A DNA stretch of 64,000 bases from Emiliania huxleyi CCMP1516 (Eukaryota): assembly GCF_000372725.1 (NCBI RefSeq), contig NW_005202428.1, forward strand, positions 1,659,331 through 1,723,330, given 5' to 3'. The notes beneath the pieces were generated by a model that saw only the letters and a program-made list of their open reading frames with translations, was not told the DNA's origin and ran no database searches. The position numbers were made by a program, and so were the translations under genes. Below, piece after piece: positions 46,082-57,431 of this stretch; the stretch's first letter is position 1, and every line of letters starts with the position of its first letter.

Positions 46082-49000
46082 ATGGCTACTTTCGTTATCG
46101 CGCTGCTCGCCGGACTCTCAAACGCCGCCGCCGCCGCCTCCTCCTCCTCCTCCTCCTCCTCCTCCTCCTCCTCCTCTTCCTCCTCTTCCTCCTCCTCCTC
46201 CGCCGCCGCCGCCGCCTCCTCCGCCTCCTCCTCCTCCTCCTCCTCCTCCGCCTCCTCCGCCTCCTCCTCTTCCTCCTCCTCCTCCGCCGCCGCCTCCTCC
46301 GCCTCCTCCGCCTCCTCCTCCTCCTCCTCCTCCTCCTCCTCCTCGTCTGCTGCCTCCTCGTCCGCTGGCTCACAGCTGATGCCGCACCCCCCTCTGTCTT
46401 CGCCGCCCCCCCCATCGCCCCCGCCGCTGGATCCGTGCTCCGATCCGGCCGGTTTTCAGCCCACATGCGAGCAGGCCCACGGGTTTGGGCTCTGCAAGGA
46501 AGATCACAAACACACAACCAACGTTGTGGACTTGCGCGACGTGATCAAGGACGTGCAGGCGCTCTGCCCAGAGACTTGCCTCAGCGACGTCGACATGTCT
46601 ACACACGCAGTGCCGCTTGGACTTCGTGACTACGCGCAAGCTCTGTCAGGACGGGCGCGCGACTTGATTTGCGACCTCTGCGAGGGCAAACCAGAGCTGC
46701 CCTGCTGCCACAACCACCCACACCGGCGTGGCCTCAACCAAGGACATGGACGAGCCCTCACCACGATCTGCGTCGAACAACTGTATGGCTTAGACTTCAG
46801 AGGCTTTGCGGGGCCAGATCCATGCTTGCAAGCCAACGTGGAGAAGGACCCGCACCTCCACCTTGCTCATGGCGGCCGCGCCGACTTCCGCGGGCGCGAT
46901 GGCAGGTACTACTGCTTCCTCTCGGCGCCGCGCCTGGCCATCAACGTTAGGACAGAGGACGCCACCTTCCGGCTGCACAACCTCTACGACAAGGGTGGCA
47001 CTCTGGTCGTGGAAGGGTCGTTCATCACCGAGGCGTGCCTGGCCTGCTGTGATCCCACAAACCACCGAAACCGTTCCCAGCCCGCCCTTTCCTTCCCCGG
47101 TTGTAGATCCATTTTGCGGCCCGAGTCGGCGGACGGAAGAACAAGCTCTGCCTCGCCTCCTTCTGGGCGAGCGAGTTCAAGTGCGAGATGTGCCAGAGGG
47201 CCGGCTGCAACGCGTGTCTCCTGACGCGTCCATGATCTGTCCCGTAGCGAGTACAACACGGGCTTCAACATGATCAACGGCTCCTGCGGCGGTGGCCCCT
47301 TCTTCCTCGGCACCGGCGCCTCCAAGCGGTGCGAGGAGATGCTCATCGCCGTCCGCTTCTCGAGCGCCGAGTTCACCACTGGCGGTTGGACCGCCGTCGT
47401 GCGCGGAAACTGGGTGTACAACCGCATCTCCGGCCCGGCCCACCGCCTCGACGTCTCGCTCCGCGCCCGGGGCGGCGTTGCGGCGCGGCACCTCCCGCAT
47501 GGGATCATCGGGCAGTCTTTTGCGTCGGCCGAGCCGCGCCAGGGCCGCGTCGATGAGTACCCAGATTCGGGCACCTTTCGGACATCGGCGATGGCGGAAG
47601 GCGCTATCGAGGGTGAGGCTGCCATGTACGAGGTGGCGGCCCCGCACGCGACGAAGTTTGCCTTCTCGCGCTTTGACGGCGCCGAGGCGGCACTCCCTAC
47701 CGGCGCCAGCTCCGACGACGTCTCTGCCTCCATCTCGGGCGAAGTGGAGGCGCGCCACGCATCGCCTGCACGGCGCCTCTCCGAGTCGTTCCCGCCGTGC
47801 GCGCCTCCGTCGCCGCCCTCTCCGCCGCCCTACCCGCCCTACCCGCCTGATAAGGCGCCCAGGCCGCCACCTCACACGCCCGACTCGGACGGCGACAACA
47901 TCCCCGACGCCGAGGAGGGCACGGCCGACAGCGACAGCGACGGCCTCCCCGACTGGACCGACCCCGACTCGGACGGCGACAACATCCCCGACGCCGAGGA
48001 GGGCACGGCCGACAGCGACAGCGACGGCAACCCCGACCGAATCGACCCCGACTCGGACGGCGACAGCATCCCCGACGCCGAGGAGGGCACGGCCGACAGC
48101 GACAGCGACGGCCTCCCCGATTCCACGGACCCCGACTCGGACGGCGACAGCATCCCCGACGCCGAGGAGGGCACGGCCGACAGCGACAGCGACGGCCTCC
48201 CCGACTCGACGGACCCCGACTCGGACAGCGACAGCATCCCCGACGCCGAGGAGGGCACGGCAGACAGCGACAGCGACGGCCTCCCCGACTCGACGGACCC
48301 CGACTCGGACGGCGACAGCATCCCCGACGCCGAGGAGGGCACGGCCGACAGCGACAGTAACGGCCTCCCGGACTACCTCGACCCTGCGCCGCACCCTCCA
48401 GGCAAGGCACCCACGCCGCCGCCGTCGCCGCCACCCTATCCGCCCGGCGACGCGCCCACTCCACCGCCGTCGCCGCCACCCTATCCGCCTGGGAGGGCGC
48501 CGGCGCCGCCGCCATTCACTTGCGCCGCGCCGCTCGTGGAAAGTGAATGTGCAACCGAGTCGAGCAGCGCGGAGAACATCTGCACCTGCACGGGGATGGT
48601 GCGGCTGGGGACGCCCCACGACACCTCGGGGATGGCCGCCTGGACGGACTGGTTCATCGTGCAGGGGTCCATCGTGTGCGACGCTTCGAATCCGCCCTTT
48701 GTCGACCCGGCGCCTTACTATCCAAAGGCGTGCGTGTGTTGCCCCTTCCTCCCGCCGCCGCCCTTCCCGCCCGGCGCGGCTCCCTCTCCGTCGCCACCGT
48801 CGCCTCCTCCCAGGCTGCCGCCGGGGCCACCCCCGTCGCCGCCTCCATCACCCGATCCGCCTCCAATGCCGCCGCCATACCCTCCGGGCGCCGCGCCGGT
48901 GCCGCCACCGCCGTCGGTCCCGCCGCCGCCTCCCTTTTTCCCGAACAAGGCACCGAAGCCGCCGCCCGCATCCCCTTATGCGGACACTCAGCTCACTCGG

Positions 49001-52000
49001 TGTGGCGCGACGGTGAGCCACGCGTCGACCGAGGTCGGCACGTGGGGGATCTCAGGACCTGACGGGATTCCTCTCTACGCCACAAACTGCATCAATGGCG
49101 TGGTGGATACGACGGGTGCAGGGCTCGTGGTGCGACAAAGCGCCGCAGATGCGCTCGGCGAGTTTACCCTTCCCCGACTCAACACGACTGGTCTGTAGGG
49201 CACGTTCGGAATCCGTTATTGGCCAACCGAGACGACCAAGGATGGCTACTGCGCCTCACAGGTCCAGGACGACCCCTGGCTAATGATCGACATGTGAAAG
49301 CCCCGCTGCTACACTTGCACGGCTCCTCGCCTGCGCTTATCCCCGCCTCACCCCCTCCTCTTTGCAGGTGTGGCTGCCCGCACGCAGAGCCCTCTTGCCC
49401 GGACGTGAGCGTCGCGCATGTAGTCGTCTACAACGTGGCGGGAGCTCAACCTGCCGACTATAAGTACATGGAACGTCTTGGGACGTTCGAGGTGTACGTG
49501 AGTGCGACGCCCGCGCCCGAGGCCTTGTACTCGTCCGACCCGAGCCGCACGGTCGGGCACTGGTGCGGCCGCTACCACGCCCCCAACGAGGCGGGGCCGT
49601 TTGATGTCGAGTGCGACGGCTGCGCACGCCCTCTCAGCGCTTGGCGTCTGCACCGGCCCACACCTGCCCGGCACCTACGCGTAGGTGCACGGGCGTCGGA
49701 AACACCGTCGGGCGGTACGTCATCATCAAGCTGCCCGGCCCGAACCGCCAGATTGTGCTGCGCGAAGTCACAATCTCCGGCCACTACCCTCCACCCCCGC
49801 CGTCACCCCCGCCGGTAGTGCCCTTCGTCTACTACCCTCGCACGGAGGTGTCGGGCGCTGGGAGGGCGCCGTCCCAGTGTGTCAAGTATGCCGACCCAGA
49901 CGGGCCCGATGCGTACAATGTCTGCAAGCGGAACCACATCTTCCAGTACAAGGGGGACAGCGTGTCCTACCAGCAAACAAGCGCGGCAGGCGCCGCCTAC
50001 GCATCGAACCTGGCGACATGGCCGGGCGCGCGGAACCCGGGCAAGAAGCTGTGCTCCCGCCACTCGCAAGCGAACAACAACCTCTACGGGGTGCGCGCCG
50101 CCAGAAGGCACCCCTCTCTCATCTTCCTCTCGACGCGACGCCTTTCCGCTCGCCAGGTGGGCTACGCTTACTACGGTTGCCGCGACTCCGGGTACAACTG
50201 TGCCGTGGGTGGCGATCTGGCCGGCGGTAGGGTGCTGCCGGTGGAGTGCCCTCCCCTTTGCGACTGCGTCACGTACGACTGCACGGGCCCGTACGGCGCC
50301 TGCGGCACGGAGGAGGTCTACCGCCTCACGCCCGAGTACGAGTACCTCTCCTCGCAGCGCCGCCTCTGTCCCGCCGGGCTGAACAGCTGGGAGTGCATCG
50401 GCGCTTCTGTTCGGTGCGACGCGCCTGGACGAGGCAACTTCATTTCGGGCTGCGCCGCCAGGTGCACGCCTTGCCCGCCATCCCCGCCTCCGGCGCCGCC
50501 GGCCCCGCCGCCGGCCCCACCGAAGGTGCCACCGTCCCCACCGCCGGATTACACCGTCGCACCCGGTTGCATGAACGTGTTTTCATATTCGTGGTGCGCC
50601 ACCCCCGACAATCCGTTCTCTCCCTCCACGAACTGGGGGAACCCTACTATGTCGGGTACGACGGCCTCGGGAGCCACGTCAACCGACAGCTGCTGCAGCA
50701 CCAGCAACAATATCGGCGACTGCTGCGCCGGCGGTTGGCGCGCTAGGGATCTCTCCACCTGCCCCTGCTCCTGTTGGAGCTGCCCGTATGGTGTGGAGAG
50801 GGTGTGCGGCAACAACGTGTGCTGGAGAGAGAGGTGCCGCGACCCGCCCCCGCCGAGCCCGCCGCCCAGTCCTGGCCCCTTGCGCCCGCCCCCACCCCTC
50901 CCACCGCCTCCGTCTCCACCGCCGGCGCCGCCCAGCCCCCCCCGCGTGCCACCGAGCCTCCCGCCATTTAGCCCGCCGTCAGCACCTCCCCCTCCCTCTC
51001 CGCCGCCGCCGCCGCCGCCGTCGCCGCCGCCGTCCCCATCGCCGCCGCCGCCAGCGCCCCCGCCGTCCCCACCGCCTCCGCCACATCCGCCGCTCCTTCC
51101 AGAGTTTGGTTTTGTGAAGCGCTGCGGCGCCACGATGAGCTCAGAGGGCACCTACGCGGGCCATCCGCTCCCCGCGGCCCACTGCATCGACGACGCCCAC
51201 ACCAGCGTCGAGCCATTCATCAATGATACGCACCTCGCCGCGAGCCTGTGCGCGACGCAGACCGAGGGTGAGCCATGGCTTCAGATAGACCTCTGCCGCA
51301 GCCGAAACATCGAGCGCGTGCTTATCTACAACGCGGGCGCCAACCGGCCGACGCGGGTGGCGGGACAAGTGATGGGCTATCTCGGCTCCTTTGAGCTGTA
51401 CCTGTCGGACATATCCGACGGCTGGTGGAACTACCCGACGCCGTGCGCGACATACACGGCGCCGGCCGAGCCGGGGCCCTTCGAAGTTACCTGTGTCGGC
51501 ACCGGCCGCTACCTCGTTCTGCGCCTGCCAGGGCCAAAGCGGCAGATCGTCCTGCGCGAGGTGCAGCTCTACGACCCTCTGCCGCCGCCAAGCCCGCCGC
51601 CGCCCTTCCCTCCGTCACCGCCGCCCGTCGCGCCGCACTGTGAGTTTGTGACCTTTGCGAATGCCGGCATGAACAATGCTTGCGCCGGGGTGTACCACTG
51701 GGACCCCTTCGGGCAGGCGTCCGGCGCGCCCAACTGGGGCGTGTACCGTAAATGGGATCGTCAGCTGTGCCAGATTGGCAGCGGCAACTCTTGGAGATGC
51801 ATGTGGTCTAATTACCCATGCTCCTCTGCTGGAGAGGGAGAAGGGAGCGTTCAATGCGTGCCCGCCCCGCCGTCTCCGCCGCCAGAGCTGCCGAGCCCGC
51901 CGCCGCCGCCTCTTCCGCCCTGCTCCGACCTGCCGATGGTAGAAAACCCCAATGGACATGTCGTAGACAATTGGTGCGACACAGCCGACTGTTGCACCTA

Positions 52001-53627
52001 CCGCTCTGGCTGCCAGAGCTGCTGCAATCATGGCTACCGAAACGATGACTGCTGTCCGTGCGCCAAGTACACGTGCGAGTTTACGACGTCGACGGCACCT
52101 GCACACTCGTCGAGGTGCACCGCGCCGCCGCCGTGGCCATCGCCACCGCCTCCGCCCAGCCCACCCTCGCCACCCAGCACGCCACCACCCAGCTCGCCGC
52201 CACCTCCGTTGCCGCCTCCGCCGCCGCCACCGAGCCCACCATCAGCGCCTCCGCCACCCTCGCCGCCGCCGTACCCGCCGACGCAGGCGCCCACTCCGCC
52301 GCCGCCGCTCCCGCCACAGTGGCCGCCGTTCCCGCCGGCCTGCAGCTACAACCCACAGACAGCGCTGGACCGCGTCGGCGCGACCATGAGCTCCACGTTT
52401 TACACGTTCTATCCTTCGAACCTGATCAACGGCGTCACGAGTACCTCCTGTCCGTCCGCCTACGCATCAAGTTGCCCAGGGGCCACGGGTTCGTGGACCT
52501 CGGAATTGTCGGAGACAGACCCGTTTGCTCAACTCGACCTCGGCGCGCCGAGCGACATCGGTTCCATCGTATTCGATGCCAGTTCGACTTTTGGCACCCA
52601 CGCCACAGTCACAGGACCTTACGAGGTCTGGCTCAGTGACACGGCCACGCCCTCTGGCTCCCGCTGCAACCATGGCGACTTTCCGTCATCGGGAACTTCC
52701 CTCACAATCGACTGTGTGGGGACTGCGCAGTACGTCACCTTCATTCTGCCCGGAGCGAGCCGCAGGTTCCAGGCGCAGGAGCTCACGGTGTACTCATGCT
52801 CGTCTTACCCGTCTCCGCCGCAGCCGCCGCACGCACCGCCGTCGACACCGCCCCCGTGGCCCGTGTGGCCGCCGCGCCCATCGCCGCCGCCCCCGCCGCC
52901 GTCGCCACCGCCACCGCCGTCGCCACCAAGCCCACCGGCGCAGCCTCCGCCGCCGTCCCCATCGCCCACGCCGCCACAGCCACCCGCGATACCTCCGCCG
53001 GCGACTCGAGGTGAGGGCCTCGCTTGCAAGTACGCCGAGTCGAATTTTGACGGCGGGAATCATCAATGTGGTGGGACCTACGTACTGAACGGCCGTGGCC
53101 AGTATGACAAGCTTTGTTGTGGGAGCGCCAGATGCCTCTGCCCTGCGGGCGATACAGGTGACGCGGACCACCCGATGGGCCTTTGGAGGTGCATCATGCG
53201 CAGTTGCAGCGACTGGTCAGGTAGCGTCGACAACTGTATTGAGGACACAGGTAGCGACGGCTTTGGATATGTGACCTGCTTGCCGTCGCCCGCCCCCCCC
53301 CCTCCGGGCCCGCTGGATCCGCCCGCCCCTCCGCCGCAGCCCCCTCGTCCACCGCCCCCCACGCTCCCGCCAGCGACTCCGCCGCCACCTTGCACGGACA
53401 TTGACGGGGGCCTGACCAGTTGGTGCACAACCGATTCGAGCGCGCCCGACTTCGCTGGTAACCACGGGAGCGACTGCTGCCAGCGAGCTGGAGGCTGCTC
53501 GGGCTGCTGCAACGACGGCTTCCTCAATCCAAGCTGCTGCCCTTGCGCCAAATACCAGTGCGAGTTTGGCATTGAGATTTTCAGTTCCGGCGGCTACTCG
53601 TACGAGCGGTGCGCGGCGGGCCCTTGA
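46082..53627 (+). CDS. Giant secreted modular protein: poly-Ser, VWD/root-cap-like domain, Asp-rich TSP3-like repeats, three fucolectin/F5-8-like domains, Cys-rich modules and SPPP linkers
   Basis: Signal peptide MATFVIALLAGLSNA; DPHLHLAHGGRADFRG..YYCFLS; PHGIIGQS; GATMSS...CID...PWLQIDL...LGSFELYLSD...GRYLVLRLPG..RQIVLREV; several short introns. Confidence 0.85.
47878..48382 (+). repeat. Six 84-bp coding repeats (PDSDGDSIPDAEEGTADSDSDGLPDSTD)
   Basis: Direct observation; DxDxDGxxD calcium-binding pattern. Confidence 0.95.
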
Positions 53628-54097
53628 AAGGTCGCGGCATCCAGTCGTCGTGCTGCCTGTCTACACATATCGCGCAGTCTCTCCACCGGAACCCGGCTCC
53701 GCGCCTTGATTCTGTCAGGCGGCTCTCCAGCGCGCAGCGGCGCTCTCCCGCGCGGCGTGCGCGAGAGTAGAGAGGGCGGGGGCGTGGTGCGCGTACTTAC
53801 CTAGGTAGTTTCCCTCGCTAGGATCTGCTGCTGACTCTCTCTCTTCCTTCTCGCTCTTTGTGAGGAGAGAAACTTCCATAAATATTTTGTTTAAGTTTGA
53901 TGACATGGCGAGTGGACGATCGAATATGACGGCCGGTCTGCTTAAAAGAGGCTGCTGACTGGGCAAGGGGCAAGCGGCCGCGAGGCGCGCACAATCGTAC
54001 GCGCGGGGGGCGCAGAGAGATGTGCAGGTGAAGAGCCGAACTCTCGTTCACTCCCTCAGCCACAAACATGGATGGGGCGGAGGAGCAAACGGAAGGG

Positions 54098-56910
54098 TCA
54101 CGGCGAGGGCGAGGGCGAGGGCGATGCCGAGGGCAAGGGGTCAGCGCCAGAGGCGATGGCCTGCGACAAGGACCAAGCGCTTTGGGCGCGCTTGGTCATG
54201 CCGCGGCGCTTCTGCCGCGACTTTTCGAGCGAGAGGCCGATGCGCGTATAGAGGGGCGCGGAGCGGCGCGCGAGGACGACGGCGGCGACGGCGCCGGCGA
54301 GCGCGATGGCGGCGATGGCGGCGTGCGCCTTGACGAAGCACGAGGCGTCGCACGAGGCGGAGGAGGAGGCCGCGACGCGGCGGTGGAAGAGGCGCGGCAG
54401 CAGGTTGGCGAGGAGCAGAGTGCCGGTGGCGCCGCAGCCGCCGTCGTAAAAGAGGTAGTTTGTGTGCAGGTGGTCCGAGCCAAACAGCTCCGACGCGAGC
54501 ACCACGAGGTGCGGCCAGATGGTGCCGAAGGAAGTGCCTATGGGTCGGCAAGCGGCGTGTCAGCCAGACGTGGGCCGTGGAGCTGGCCGGCGGCGCCAGA
54601 GAGCGCGCGCCCGCGAGGAGGGCCCCGGCGAGCAGCAGCGTGTGCGTGTGCGCCGGCGCCGATGGCGGACCGTGGAGCACCTCCCCCCGCGCGGCGTGCG
54701 GCAGCTGCGCCACCGGAAGCTGCGCCGCCAGCAGCAGCCCGTGTGCGGCCGCCATCCCGACGCAGAGCATGACGACGATGCCGCACCGCGACCGCCCGCG
54801 CCTACGTCGTGAAGACAGAGCGAAGGTCGGGCGTGAATACGGCCTCGTGCGGTGCAATCCAGCGGATCGCGTGAATACAGGGGCTACGAGTACAGCGGAC
54901 TGCAGCGCACCACAGCGGGATGCGTGTCTACGTGCCCTCTCGAGCGCCAATCGGAGGACACGGGTTAGTCTCGAAGATATGGGGAGGTCTGTCCTCCGCA
55001 TCTAGGCGCCCGCGCCGCACGAAGAGGCGGTCCGACGCGTCGCAGCCGACCAGCCGCCCGAGCATGTTCCCCGTCGAGAAGAGAGTGACGAGCTGCGCGA
55101 CCAGCTGGGGGTGGCTGCCGCTCGCGCGGACCTACCGGCGAGAGAAGGGGGAGGTGCTTGAGCCTGGTGTGTAGCGGCTTGGGGCCCTCCCCGGGGTGAA
55201 GCGGTTTGAGCGTGGGGGCCAGGGCTCTTGTAGGGGGAGGGGGGTGCGGACCAGCTGGCCGACGTTGGTCGCAAAGAAGTTCCCTCCCCCGATGGCGGCG
55301 CATCCGGCGAGCCACAGCAGCCACGAGTCTGGGCGGCGGAGCATCTGCGGCAGCGAGAGCTGCGTGCGCGCCTCGGTGAGGAGGAAGGGCTCCGGCTCCA
55401 CCCCCGCCGCCCCTGCGCGCCGCACCGGTCCGCCCGCCGCCTCGCGCCTCGCCGCCTCGCGCCTCGCCGCCTCCTCCGCCGCCTCCTCGCCCGGCGAGCC
55501 GTCGTTGGCCTCGCCCGCCCTGCCGCTCGGCGGCGCGGGCGGCGGCTGGGAGAGCCAAGGCAGCGCGGCCTCCGGGCCGGCGAGGAGCGGCGCGCGGCGC
55601 GGCGACGGGAAGGCGCGCCCGCCGGGGCTGGCGCGGGAGCGAGATGGCGCGAGGAGGGGGAGGAGCGGGCCGAGGGCGAGCGGGAGGGGCGAGAGGGCGA
55701 GGAGGCCGAGCAGCCCGACCAGGCCGGTGTGTAGCGGCGAGCCGGTCTGCGGGGCGAGGGAGGGCGGCGGTGAGGGGAGGGCGGCGGTGAGGGTGAGGGG
55801 AGGGGAGGGGAGGCGGCGGTGAGGGGAGGGCGGCGGTGAGGGGAGGGCGGCGGTGAGGGTGAGGGGAGGGGAGGGGAGGCGGCGGTGAGGGGAGGGCGGC
55901 GGTGAGGGGAGGGCGGCGGTGAGGGTGAGGGGAGGGGAGGGGAGGCGGCGGTGAGGGGAGGGCGGCGGGCGGGTGGAGCAGTGGAGAGAGGGAGCGGTGA
56001 GGGGAGAGAGAGAGGCAGCAGCAGCGGTGAGGAGGAGCAGGCAGGCAGCGGGGAAGGGGTCGGTCGGCCTGCGGCACGAGGGAGGCGGCCATGCTCGCGC
56101 CGCACAGCAGCAGGAGCAGCCAGAAGCAGAGCCGGAGCAGCGCCGCGGGCTCGCGCGACTGCTGGCTTGGGCTGCGAGGAATGCATGCAGCGCCGAAGAA
56201 GCAGGTGCCGGCGCTGATGGCCGCCCAGATCAGGAGGCAGCGCAGCGCGCCCGGCTCGCGGGAGGGCACGCCGAAGGCGACCACGTACGCCTGCCCAAGG
56301 AGGGAGGTTGAGGGGCGAAAGGACCGAGAATGCGGCCGAGATACGGCCGAGATACGGCCGGGGTGGAGCCGAGGGGAGGTGGAGCCGAATACGGCCGAGG
56401 TGGAGGGAGGTTGAGTCGGGCCTGCGAGACGACGGCGCCCGACAGGCCGACGAAAGCCTTGACAAGAGAGACGACGCGACCGCGCTTGCGCCGGAAGTGG
56501 AGCACGGGCGTCGAGAAGGCGGCCGAGGAGATGAGCTGTCCGCCGACGTACACTACGCAGGCGCACAGCACGAGCGCGGTGCCCGGGTCGATCGCTCCGG
56601 TCGGCGCGGCTCCGGTGGCGATCGCATACATGGCAACTTGCAGCGCGGCCTGGATGGCGCCGCCGAGCAGCAGGCCGGCTGCGGGGCCAAAGGCCTTGGT
56701 CACGCGCCCCGCGAGCGGCGCGCTCACAAAGCCGAGCGCGTAAGGGACGGTGTTGATGTTTGCCAACGAGGCGTCTGAGAGCCCGAGCGAAGACTGGATG
56801 GCTCCGCCGTAGATGCCAAAGCCGTAAAAGCTGCCGGTCGCGCAGCCCGCGTAGAGGCAGGCGACAAAGGCGCGGCGAGGCAAGGAGGTGGTGGCCGCAG
56901 TGGACGGCAT
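54098..56910 (-). CDS. Nodulin-like (NFD4/MCH1-type) MFS transporter, multi-exon
   Basis: GSFYGFGIYG, RGRVVSLVKAFVGLSGAV, QMLRRPDSWLLW, TNVGQL, GNMLGRLVG..SD, LASELFG..HL.TNY. Confidence 0.88.
55763..55968. repeat. Intronic purine-rich minisatellite (GGCGGCGGTGAGGGGAG units, higher-order period about 62 bp)
   Basis: Direct observation. Confidence 0.9.
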
Positions 56911-57431
56911 ATAAACACGTGGATTGAACACTACACCGCTCTGATAAACTCCGGCAAGAGGGAGTGTGCAGTTAAGGGCGAAGACGACGCCCTTGGTGCA
57001 GTCGCAGCCGGAGCAGGGCGAGCGAAGCCGCGGGATGGTCATTTTATTCCGTTCCTTCTCTTGCTCTGTCCTGCGTTGGGAGCTAGAGCCCCCAAAGCCG
57101 CTTCGCTCTCCCGGGACCCAGCGTGGCGTCCGACTTCGGCTTTCTTCATTTTTTGTGTTTTCTCGGTCTTTCTCGAGTCAGCTCGGGCACCGCCTCGGTA
57201 TACAAAATGCGCCTGCGGGCGGACCCTTACAGATCACAGATCACAGAAACGCGCTCACTTGCTGGCAATCAGGGTCTGTGGTTGGGGACCCCGGATCAAG
57301 GCGGACACCGGTCCTTCTTGCTCAAACGCTCGCCCCGAGCCGCCTCCGCTTCTCCGCTTCCGCTCTCCGCTCCGGGCGAGGGCTTGGCGTACAGAAACGC
57401 GCTCACTTGCTGGCAATCCGACCAGCGCGGC

